Shown: in pieces, positions 41,247 to 48,448 of the stretch
Layout: each line of letters opens with the position of its first letter
Position numbering within the stretch: position 1 is the stretch's first letter
Assembly: GCA_964446475.1 (NCBI GenBank)
Contig: CAYUOT010000001.1
Location: forward strand, 1 to 48,448
Source of the DNA: an uncultured Candidatus Saccharibacteria bacterium
GTDB taxonomy: Bacteria > Patescibacteriota > Minisyncoccia > Phycocordibacterales > UBA9973
DNA length: 48,448 nucleotides
Direction: 5' to 3'
Translations under genes and position numbers: made by a program
The notes under the pieces: model-generated
Told to the model about the DNA's origin: nothing
The model's database searches: none
Seen by the model: only the letters and a program-made list of their open reading frames with translations

Positions 41247-43049
41247 ATGCATAAATTTATAAAATTTATTAAGGAATTTAATGTTCCAAAGAAAAAAGAA
41301 TTTTTATCTGCTATTAAATCTTTATCAAAAAAAGACTTCATATTTTTTTCTATATTAATAGTGATATCTATTATATCCGTAGTTTTGATATTATTTAGAA
41401 TAAATAATTATTTTATGGTCAGTGTCCCGCAAAAAGGAGGAGAGATAAATGAAGGAATCATAGGGACAACAACAGTAATAAACCCAGTACTTGCTCAATC
41501 AGATGCAGACAAAGATTTAGTTGCTTTAATATTTTCCGGACTTATGAGAAAAGATGAGAATGGTAATTTTATTGAAGATTTAGCCGAAACCTATTCAGTT
41601 TCAAATGATGGTAAAATTTATACTTTTATATTAAAAAATAATTTAAAATTTCATGATGGAACATTAGTTACAGCAGATGATATTATTTTTACTATAGAAA
41701 AAATAAAAGACCCATTGGTTAAAAGCCCCAAAAAAAGTAGCTGGGATAATGTAGATATAATAAAAAAAGATGATTTAACTATTTCTTTTGAATTAAAAAA
41801 TCAAGATATTTCGTTTATGGATAAAACAACAATAGGGATACTGCCATCCTCTCTTTGGAAAAATGTTAATATCCAAGAATTTAATATTTCAAATTTAAAT
41901 ACAAAACCAATAGGAACAGGACCTTATAAGCTCATAAAAACTTATAAAAACAAAGACGGTATTCCTCAAGAATATAGATTAAAATATTTTAAAAATTTTT
42001 CTTTAGGAGAACCAAATATCAAATATATAAATATTCTATCTTTTTCAAATGGAGAAGAGTTGCTAAAAGCACTATCTAATGGAAAAATTAATCAAGCTGG
42101 TGGAATAAGTCCAGAATCTTTAGAAAAAATAAAATTATCAAATTACAAAATAAATACATCCACACTATCTAGGACTTTTGGTTTATTTTTTAATAATAGT
42201 CAAAATAAAATTTTTGAAGATCCTGCTATTATAAAAGCAATAAATAAAGCTCTTAATAAAGATTTTATAGTCGATGAAGTTTTAAAAGGTTATGGAAATG
42301 CAATAAATAGCCCTATTCCACAAAATATTTCTAATAAAGAAAATGATTATAGTTTTTCTTTATCTGAAATAGAAGAAGCAAAAGAATTACTCAAAAAATC
42401 TGGATGGAAAGATGGAGAAGATGGGATAATGGAAAAAGGAGGAAAAATAACAACAACAAAAATAAAAATCGTTAAAGGTAAAAAAATCACAGAGACATCA
42501 ACAATAGATCTCGGACAGATTACGAAATTATCTTTTTCAATAACAACAGGAGATACAGCAGAACTAAAACAAGCAGTATCTATAATAAAAAATCAATTAA
42601 TAAAAATAGGTATAGATGTTAATATTGATAAAGTATATGAAACAGGGCAACTAACTCAAATCATAAGAAATAGAGAATATGATGCTTTATTTTTTGGACA
42701 AACCATAAAACAAGAATCTGATCTATACTCTTTTTGGCATTCATCTCAAAGAATAGACCCAGGACTTAATATAGCAATGAGTAACAATAAAAACATAGAT
42801 AATATACTTGAAACAGTACAAAAAACACCAGAAATTAAAAATAGAATACCTCTTTATCAGAAACTGGAAGAAGAATTCATCAAAAACCCTCAATCTGTTA
42901 TGACATATTCCCCTAAATATATATACATAACACCTAAAACATTTAATAATATAAAAATAAACAATCTAAATAATTCATCGGATCGTTTTAATACTGTTTA
43001 TAAATGGTATGCAAAAGAAGATCGAGTTTGGAAAATATTTACAAAATAA
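41247..43049 (+). CDS. ABC-type substrate-binding protein, family 5 (peptide/nickel type), TM-anchored
   Basis: The N-terminal TM is not a lipobox. The SBP_bac_5 pattern is present (LAETYSVSNDGKIYTFILKNNLKFHDGTLVTADDIIFT). No permease or ATPase genes are adjacent. Confidence 0.85.
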   Translation: MHKFIKFIKEFNVPKKKEFLSAIKSLSKKDFIFFSILIVISIISVVLILFRINNYFMVSVPQKGGEINEGIIGTTTVINPVLAQSDADKDLVALIFSGLMRKDENGNFIEDLAETYSVSNDGKIYTFILKNNLKFHDGTLVTADDIIFTIEKIKDPLVKSPKKSSWDNVDIIKKDDLTISFELKNQDISFMDKTTIGILPSSLWKNVNIQEFNISNLNTKPIGTGPYKLIKTYKNKDGIPQEYRLKYFKNFSLGEPNIKYINILSFSNGEELLKALSNGKINQAGGISPESLEKIKLSNYKINTSTLSRTFGLFFNNSQNKIFEDPAIIKAINKALNKDFIVDEVLKGYGNAINSPIPQNISNKENDYSFSLSEIEEAKELLKKSGWKDGEDGIMEKGGKITTTKIKIVKGKKITETSTIDLGQITKLSFSITTGDTAELKQAVSIIKNQLIKIGIDVNIDKVYETGQLTQIIRNREYDALFFGQTIKQESDLYSFWHSSQRIDPGLNIAMSNNKNIDNILETVQKTPEIKNRIPLYQKLEEEFIKNPQSVMTYSPKYIYITPKTFNNIKINNLNNSSDRFNTVYKWYAKEDRVWKIFTK

Positions 43050-43060
43050 AAAAATAATAT

Positions 43061-44995
43061 ATGACAGAAAGAAAAATAATAAACAGTATTAAAACACAAA
43101 ACATTAGAGTTTTAAACAGAGAACATAACAACAACATTTCTACAGATAGAAAAAATAGAAACTCAAATAATAGAACTCAAGTTGGTAAAAAAATATCAAA
43201 AAGTAGCTATCAATATGCAAACAATAAGGGTGGACGTAAATCTAACATTCTTCCCCCTCAAGATAAAAACAAAAATATAATTAATAAAAAGAAAAATAAT
43301 ACCATAAATAAAGTAGAAAATGGTGTTATAAGAATAATACCATTAGGTGGAGTTGAAGAAATCGGGAAAAACATGACGGCTATTGAAATCGGGAATGATA
43401 TTATTGTAATAGATGCTGGTATGCAATTCAAAACAGAAAGCACTCCAGGAATAGATTATATTATACCTAATACAACATATCTCGAAGAAAACAAAGATAG
43501 AGTTCGTGCAATGTTTGTAACACATGGACACCTAGATCATATTGGTGGAATACCCTTAGTTATGAGTAGAATAGGCAACCCTCCTCTTTATTCAAGAAAT
43601 CTAACTGTTCTCATGATAAAAAAGAGACAAGAAGAATTCCCACATTTACCTCCTCTAAATTTAAATATTGTAGAAAAAAATTCATCTGTATATGCTGGAG
43701 ATATAAAAATTAGATTTTTTGGAGTAACACACACAGTCCCAGATTCTATGGGAATAATAATAGAAACACCATATGGTTTAATAGTAACCCCTGGGGATTA
43801 TAAATTAGACCAGATAGATGGTGTAGTCCAACCAGAAGAAGAAAAAGAATATTCTATTTTTGACAAAGAAAAAGTTTTACTTCTTATGACTGATTCAACA
43901 AATGTTGAAAATGAAGGATATGCCCTATCAGAATCGAAAGTTCACGAAGGACTAGGAAATTTAATCAAGCAAATAACAGGAAGAACTATTATCGCAGCTT
44001 TTGCTTCTCACATAACACGTATTGTAAAAGTAGTAGAAATAGCTGAATCTCTTGGTAAAAAAGTAGCATTAGATGGTAGATCTCTAAAAACAAATATGGA
44101 GGTTTGCGAACAAGCTGGAATATTTAAACCTAAAAAAGGAACAATTATTCCTATTGAAGAAGTTGATAATTATGCCCCAAATAAAGTAATAATTTTAATG
44201 ACAGGGGCTCAAGGAGAAGAATTTGCTGCGCTAGGAAGAGCTGCTAGTAAAACTCATAAAAAATTTAATATAAAATCAGGAGACACTATTATTCTGTCTG
44301 CATCCATTGTTCCAGGGAACGAAATGGCTGTTCAGGGATTAAAAGACAACCTTTCTCGTCATGGAGTTAGAATAATTAGCTATAGAACAAGTGAAGAATA
44401 TATTCACGCAACAGGACACGGAAATCAAGAAGATATTAAATGGCTACACAGAAAAACAAAACCTAAATTCTTTATACCAATACATGGGCATCATTCAATG
44501 CTAGTTAAACACAAAGAGCTTGTAATATCATGGGGTATGTCAGAAGAAAATATTATTGTGCCTGACAACGGATCTATCATTGAAGTGATAGAAAATGGGA
44601 ACAAGATTATAATGAGAAAAGAAAAAGTCCCATCTGGACCAATGATGGTAGATGGATTTTCTGTTGGAGATGAACAAGATGTTGTTATTAGAGACAGAGT
44701 AATGCTAGCACAAGATGGGATGTTTGTTTTAATAGCAACAATCGATGGAGGAACAGGAAAACTTAGAAAATCCCCAGACATAATATCTAGAGGTTTTATC
44801 TATTTAAAAGAAAATCAAGAACTTCTTCATCAAGTTAGATTAATAATTAAAAAAACAATAGAGGACGAAACTAGAGGACTCAAACCTATAGATTTTGATT
44901 TAATAAAAACAAGTTTAGGAGATAATATTTCTAAATTCTTATTTCAAAAAACAGCAAAAAGACCTTTGGTTATACCAGTGCTATTGAGTATTTAA
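43061..44995 (+). CDS. rnj: ribonuclease J with an N-terminal Asn/Lys-rich extension of about 89 aa
   Basis: Metallo-beta-lactamase HGHLDHIGG, beta-CASP and a C-terminal domain. The canonical start equivalent is IRIIPLGG at residue 90. Confidence 0.93.
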   Translation: MTERKIINSIKTQNIRVLNREHNNNISTDRKNRNSNNRTQVGKKISKSSYQYANNKGGRKSNILPPQDKNKNIINKKKNNTINKVENGVIRIIPLGGVEEIGKNMTAIEIGNDIIVIDAGMQFKTESTPGIDYIIPNTTYLEENKDRVRAMFVTHGHLDHIGGIPLVMSRIGNPPLYSRNLTVLMIKKRQEEFPHLPPLNLNIVEKNSSVYAGDIKIRFFGVTHTVPDSMGIIIETPYGLIVTPGDYKLDQIDGVVQPEEEKEYSIFDKEKVLLLMTDSTNVENEGYALSESKVHEGLGNLIKQITGRTIIAAFASHITRIVKVVEIAESLGKKVALDGRSLKTNMEVCEQAGIFKPKKGTIIPIEEVDNYAPNKVIILMTGAQGEEFAALGRAASKTHKKFNIKSGDTIILSASIVPGNEMAVQGLKDNLSRHGVRIISYRTSEEYIHATGHGNQEDIKWLHRKTKPKFFIPIHGHHSMLVKHKELVISWGMSEENIIVPDNGSIIEVIENGNKIIMRKEKVPSGPMMVDGFSVGDEQDVVIRDRVMLAQDGMFVLIATIDGGTGKLRKSPDIISRGFIYLKENQELLHQVRLIIKKTIEDETRGLKPIDFDLIKTSLGDNISKFLFQKTAKRPLVIPVLLSI

Positions 44996-44997
44996 AA

Positions 44998-46161
44998 ATG
45001 TCAAAAATTAAAAATATATACATACTTTCATTTATATTTTCTCTTCATATTGCAATTCCTGCATATATAAATTCAACATTCCTAACAAATTTTATAGAAG
45101 AAAAATTTGTTGGTATCCTATACACAATAGCTTCCGTTTTAACGTTAATTCTTTTATCTAAAAGTTCTACTTTTTTGCAGAACTTTGGTAACAAAAAATC
45201 AATACTTATTTTTCTTACTATAAATATAATATCTCTAATTGGACTTATATTTTCAAGGAACTCCGCATTAATAGCTATGTCCTTTATTCTTTTCCTAGCG
45301 ACTAACACTCTTACCTTTTTTTGCATGGATATATTTATAGAACACTTTAGCTCCACAGAAAAAACAGGAAAAACAAGAGGTCTATATCTTACAATATTAA
45401 ATACAGCTTATATGTTGTCCCCTCTTATTGCCGCATTTATAATAACAAAAGAAGGAGGATATAAATCAATCTATATATTAGCATTGATAATGATAATAAT
45501 TATGACCTTAGGGGTTTTATTTTCTGTCAAAAACTTTAATGATAGAAAATACAAAAGATTCCCATTTTTCCAAACATTCAAAGAATTACTAAAAAATAAA
45601 AGCCTAGAAAAAATAGTCTATATAAATTTTTTATTACAATTTTTCTATGCATGGATGGTTGTTTATACTCCAATATACCTATATGAACATATGGGTTTTA
45701 ATTGGGAACAAATAGGTTTAATATTTACTATAATGTTGGCTCCTTTTGTTATTCTTGGGTTACCTATTGGTGTTCTTATTGATAAATATAATATAAATAA
45801 AAAGAAAATTTTAAATATTGGCTTTTTATTTTTAGTCATCTTTACTTCAATTATATTTTTTATAAACACAAATAATATAATACTTTGGGCTATTATTTTA
45901 TTTATGACTAGAATAGGAGCAAGTCTAATAGAAACAACAAGTGAAATATCTTTCTTTTCTCAAACAGGAGACGAAGATGCTTCTCTTATAGGATTATACA
46001 GAGACATGAGCCCTATTGCTTATATAATAGCACCAGCTTTAGCTACGGTAGTATTTTTGATTTTCCCTTTTAAATATCTGTTTATTATATTAGGGTTAAT
46101 AATGAGTTTCGGGTTTATTATTATAAATAAAATAAAAAAAGAAGATGCAATTTCCCATTAG
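44998..46161 (+). CDS. MFS transporter
   Basis: 387 aa, about 12 TM in two bundles of six. Confidence 0.8.
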   Translation: MSKIKNIYILSFIFSLHIAIPAYINSTFLTNFIEEKFVGILYTIASVLTLILLSKSSTFLQNFGNKKSILIFLTINIISLIGLIFSRNSALIAMSFILFLATNTLTFFCMDIFIEHFSSTEKTGKTRGLYLTILNTAYMLSPLIAAFIITKEGGYKSIYILALIMIIIMTLGVLFSVKNFNDRKYKRFPFFQTFKELLKNKSLEKIVYINFLLQFFYAWMVVYTPIYLYEHMGFNWEQIGLIFTIMLAPFVILGLPIGVLIDKYNINKKKILNIGFLFLVIFTSIIFFINTNNIILWAIILFMTRIGASLIETTSEISFFSQTGDEDASLIGLYRDMSPIAYIIAPALATVVFLIFPFKYLFIILGLIMSFGFIIINKIKKEDAISH

Positions 46162-46846
46162 AATAAATAAATATCTAGCAGAAAAAAAACTTTCAACCAG
46201 AAGAGGTGCTGATCTTTTAATAGAAAAAGGGTTAGTTTTTGTTAATGGGAAAAAGGCAAGACTTGGAGATTTGATAGAAAAAGATGACAAAATTATTTTA
46301 GATAAAAAAGCAGAAAAAAAATATTTTTATTATGCTTATAATAAAAATATAGGTGTATCAACAAATAAAGATAACAAATCTAAAGATATATTAAGTGTGA
46401 CAAAATTCCCAAACAAAGTATTTCCTATTGGTAGATTAGATAAAGATTCGCATGGTTTAATAATATTAACAAATGATGGAAGAATAACAGATAGACTACT
46501 CTCCCCTAAATACATACACGAAAAGGAATATATTGTAAAAGTTGAACCAAATTTTACAGATAAATTTATAGAGCTTATGTCAAATGGTGTCCGTTTTGAC
46601 AATTACATAAGTAAAAAATGTAAAGTTTGGAGAAAAGATAAATCGAAAAATATTTTCCATATAATACTAACTGAAGGTAAAAAAAGACAAATAAGAAGAA
46701 TGTCTGAAGCCCTTCACCACAAGGTTATCGACCTAAAGAGAATAAGAGTGATGAACATAGAATTAGGAAAGATAAAAGATGGTGAATTTAGAGAAATAAT
46801 AGGTGAAGAATTAGAAGTATTTTTAAAACTCTTAAAGATAAAATAA
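46145..46846 (+). CDS. rRNA pseudouridine synthase (RsuA/RluB/RluF family)
   Basis: S4 domain (RINKYLAEKKLSTRRGADLLI) plus the catalytic motif GRLDKDSHGLIILTNDG. Confidence 0.9.
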   Translation: MQFPIRINKYLAEKKLSTRRGADLLIEKGLVFVNGKKARLGDLIEKDDKIILDKKAEKKYFYYAYNKNIGVSTNKDNKSKDILSVTKFPNKVFPIGRLDKDSHGLIILTNDGRITDRLLSPKYIHEKEYIVKVEPNFTDKFIELMSNGVRFDNYISKKCKVWRKDKSKNIFHIILTEGKKRQIRRMSEALHHKVIDLKRIRVMNIELGKIKDGEFREIIGEELEVFLKLLKIK

Positions 46847-46875
46847 AAACTCCGCATTTGCGGAGTTTTTATTTT
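46845..46875. terminator. bidirectional terminator
   Basis: AAAAACTCCGC-ATTT-GCGGAGTTTTT. Confidence 0.8.
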
Positions 46876-46881
46876 ATAAAA

Positions 46882-47082
46882 CTATTTAGCAATGTAAGGA
46901 ATCAAACCCATAAACCTTGCTCTCTTTATTGCAATAGATAATTTTCTCTGATTTCTTGCAGTGACATCTGTTCTTCTTCGAGACATTATTTTTGCATTAG
47001 GAGATAGAAATCTTTTTAAAAGTTCTATATCTTTATAGTCTATATGTTTTATATTATTTGATGAAAAATAATCTTGTTTCAT
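46882..47082 (-). CDS. rpsR: 30S ribosomal protein S18
   Basis: IDYKDIELLKRFLSPNAKIMSRRRT...RKLSIAIKRARFMGLIPY. Confidence 0.95.
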   Translation of the reverse strand: MKQDYFSSNNIKHIDYKDIELLKRFLSPNAKIMSRRRTDVTARNQRKLSIAIKRARFMGLIPYIAK

Positions 47083-47121
47083 AATTTTTAATTTTTTATT
47101 TTATAAACTTTATAATTTCAA

Positions 47122-47568
47122 CTAAAACGGTATATCTTCTATATTAATCTGCTCTTCAGGGTAATCAATAGTGTCAACATCTTCGGTTGCAGGTCTTGAA
47201 TCTGGCGTGTTCGTTGACGAAGGTGAACTAGACCCACTTGTTTTATTACCAAATTGAATAGTATCAGCAATAATCTCTGTTCTATATTTCTTACTATTTG
47301 TAGCTGGATCATCCCAACTCCTAGTTTCAATCCTTCCTTCTACTAATATTTGATTACCTTTTTTCATATAAGTAGCAACATTTTCTGCTGTCCTACCCCA
47401 AACTACTATATTATGATAATCTGTTTTTTCTTGTTTTACCCCATTAGAATCTTTATAGACTCTATTTGTTGCTAATCCAAAAGTACAAACTTTATTGCCT
47501 GAAGCAATAGCTTTGAGTTCAGGATCACGAGTTAAATTACCAATAAGGATTACTTTGTTTAGATACAT
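47122..47568 (-). CDS. ssb: single-stranded DNA-binding protein
   Basis: OB fold (NKVILIGNLTRDPEL, HNIVVWGR) and the C-terminal acidic tip DIPF. Confidence 0.95.
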   Translation of the reverse strand: MYLNKVILIGNLTRDPELKAIASGNKVCTFGLATNRVYKDSNGVKQEKTDYHNIVVWGRTAENVATYMKKGNQILVEGRIETRSWDDPATNSKKYRTEIIADTIQFGNKTSGSSSPSSTNTPDSRPATEDVDTIDYPEEQINIEDIPF

Positions 47569-47678
47569 ATAAATAAATTTTAAAGTTAATAGTCATAAAG
47601 TATAAAGTTTGACTTTGAACTTTATAATCCTTACAACTTTCTACTAACATTATAACCTTTTACTAAAACAAAATACAA

Positions 47679-48188
47679 TTAAGCAACTAGTGCATCTATT
47701 TCTTTATCAATAACCTCTTCATCGATAACTTCCTCACTAGATGAAACAACAGAATCCTGAGTCTTAGCTGAGGAAACTCTACGCTTTTCACCTCCTCTAT
47801 ATGCACGCTTTTGAGAAATAGTATTTTCTCTAACAGTTTTAATCAAAAGATAACGTATTATCTTTTCATTTTTATCTAAGGCTTCTTTTATAACTTGAGC
47901 AGATTCTGGAGTACACTCAAACTTAATCCAACCAAAATAACCATAAGAAAACTTTTGTTTCTTGTTGTTAATAGATCTAGTCATTTCATAAGACAATTCC
48001 ATCATCTTAGGAAATTCTTCTGATATAAAAGAAACATTATTTGAAGAAAGAAAATCTTTAAAAGCAGTAACTTCCCCTGCAAGATTTTCTTCAGCAATTG
48101 TAGGAACCATATGATAACCTACTTCATAAACACAAAGACGAGAATCTTCTTTTGATTCATCTTCTGTTATTTTTTTAACTTTAGCCAT
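47679..48188 (-). CDS. rpsF: 30S ribosomal protein S6 with N- and C-terminal extensions
   Basis: First gene of the rpsF-ssb-rpsR order. The S6 core is YEVGYHMVP...YFGWIKFEC. Confidence 0.85.
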   Translation of the reverse strand: MAKVKKITEDESKEDSRLCVYEVGYHMVPTIAEENLAGEVTAFKDFLSSNNVSFISEEFPKMMELSYEMTRSINNKKQKFSYGYFGWIKFECTPESAQVIKEALDKNEKIIRYLLIKTVRENTISQKRAYRGGEKRRVSSAKTQDSVVSSSEEVIDEEVIDKEIDALVA

Positions 48189-48290
48189 TATAACATGCGT
48201 AAAAACGCTTTAATAATTACTTTTAATAAATGCTCCGCTATGGACCTGTGTGTACCGGCTTCAGGGCCGGAACAAACGAAACATATAGAC

Positions 48291-48319
48291 ACAATAGCAA
48301 AATAAGGACTAAATGTCAA
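48291..48319 (-). promoter_or_regulatory. promoter of the rpsF-ssb-rpsR operon
   Basis: Minus strand: TTGACA (48319-48314), 17 nt, TATTGT (48296-48291). This leaves a leader of about 95 nt. Confidence 0.65.
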
Positions 48320-48329
48320 AAACAAATGA

Positions 48330-48356
48330 AGCGAGGCCTACGGCCTCGCTCTTTTT
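48330..48356. terminator. GC-rich hairpin terminator downstream of the repeat-protein gene
   Basis: AGCGAGGCC-TAC-GGCCTCGCT with T-rich sequence on both strands. Confidence 0.65.
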
Positions 48357-48367
48357 GAAATTACCTT

Positions 48368-48448
48368 TTAAATAGCTGGTTCTACTGGAGCTACTGGTTC
48401 TACTGGAGCTACTGGTTCTACTGGAGCTACTGGTTCTACTGGAGCTAC
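48368..48448 (-). CDS. C-terminal end of a protein carrying (VAPVEP)n repeats (partial, runs off the right edge)
   Basis: Open to the window edge on the minus strand: (VAPVEP)x4-A-I-stop, with TAA at 48370-48368. Followed by a terminator hairpin. Confidence 0.45.
   Translation of the reverse strand, partial: VAPVEPVAPVEPVAPVEPVAPVEPAI
48377..48448. repeat. perfect 18-bp tandem repeat, four full units, truncated by the window edge
   Basis: TGGTTCTACTGGAGCTAC x4, with an internal 9-bp sub-period (TGGTTCTAC / TGGAGCTAC). Confidence 0.95.

Noticed and set aside
48377-48448. CRISPR array
   Set aside because: The units are contiguous with no spacers. The 18-bp period is too short, and the repeat is in frame with a stop codon and terminator, so it codes for a peptide repeat.
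1-48448. Alternative genetic code (UGA recoding as in some CPR lineages)
   Set aside because: All conserved genes are full length and uninterrupted under the standard bacterial code, so recoding is not needed.

Overview
AT-rich 48.4 kb chromosomal segment from a small-genome bacterium. The reduced housekeeping set, truncated IF-2, DnaX and Rel, and absence of biosynthetic operons suggest Patescibacteria/CPR (Parcubacteria-like); this is an inference. Standard genetic code: long ORFs are uninterrupted. The window holds the 5' end of a 16S rRNA gene at the left edge (minus strand), five tRNA genes (Lys-CTT, Gln-TTG, Tyr-GTA, Cys-GCA, Leu-TAG) and about 46 protein genes. These include obg, rmuC, ackA, dnaX, serS, dprA, topA, rel, parB, clpB, infB-rbfA, secG, rnj and rpsF-ssb-rpsR, plus transporters, two glycosyltransferases and several small membrane proteins. 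No CRISPR array, transposase, integrase or recognisable defence operon is present. The unusual content is non-coding. (1) A structured intergenic element recurs in at least three copies plus one divergent copy. Two copies share an identical 18-nt core and an AATTTTC hairpin, and each copy is closed by a helix of different sequence. (2) Two copies lie directly after intrinsic terminators and are flanked by long direct duplications of host sequence: 117 bp of the topA 3' end plus terminator, and 50 bp of the tRNA-Lys trailer plus terminator. (3) Partial duplications of tRNA ends lie beside tRNA-Gln, tRNA-Cys and tRNA-Lys, and a twice-frameshifted small gene lies next to tRNA-Gln. (4) A -10 hexamer sits exactly 6 nt upstream of the ATG at 11 gene starts, with almost no Shine-Dalgarno motifs, which implies leaderless mRNAs. 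(5) A perfect 18-bp tandem repeat encodes (VAPVEP)n at the right edge.
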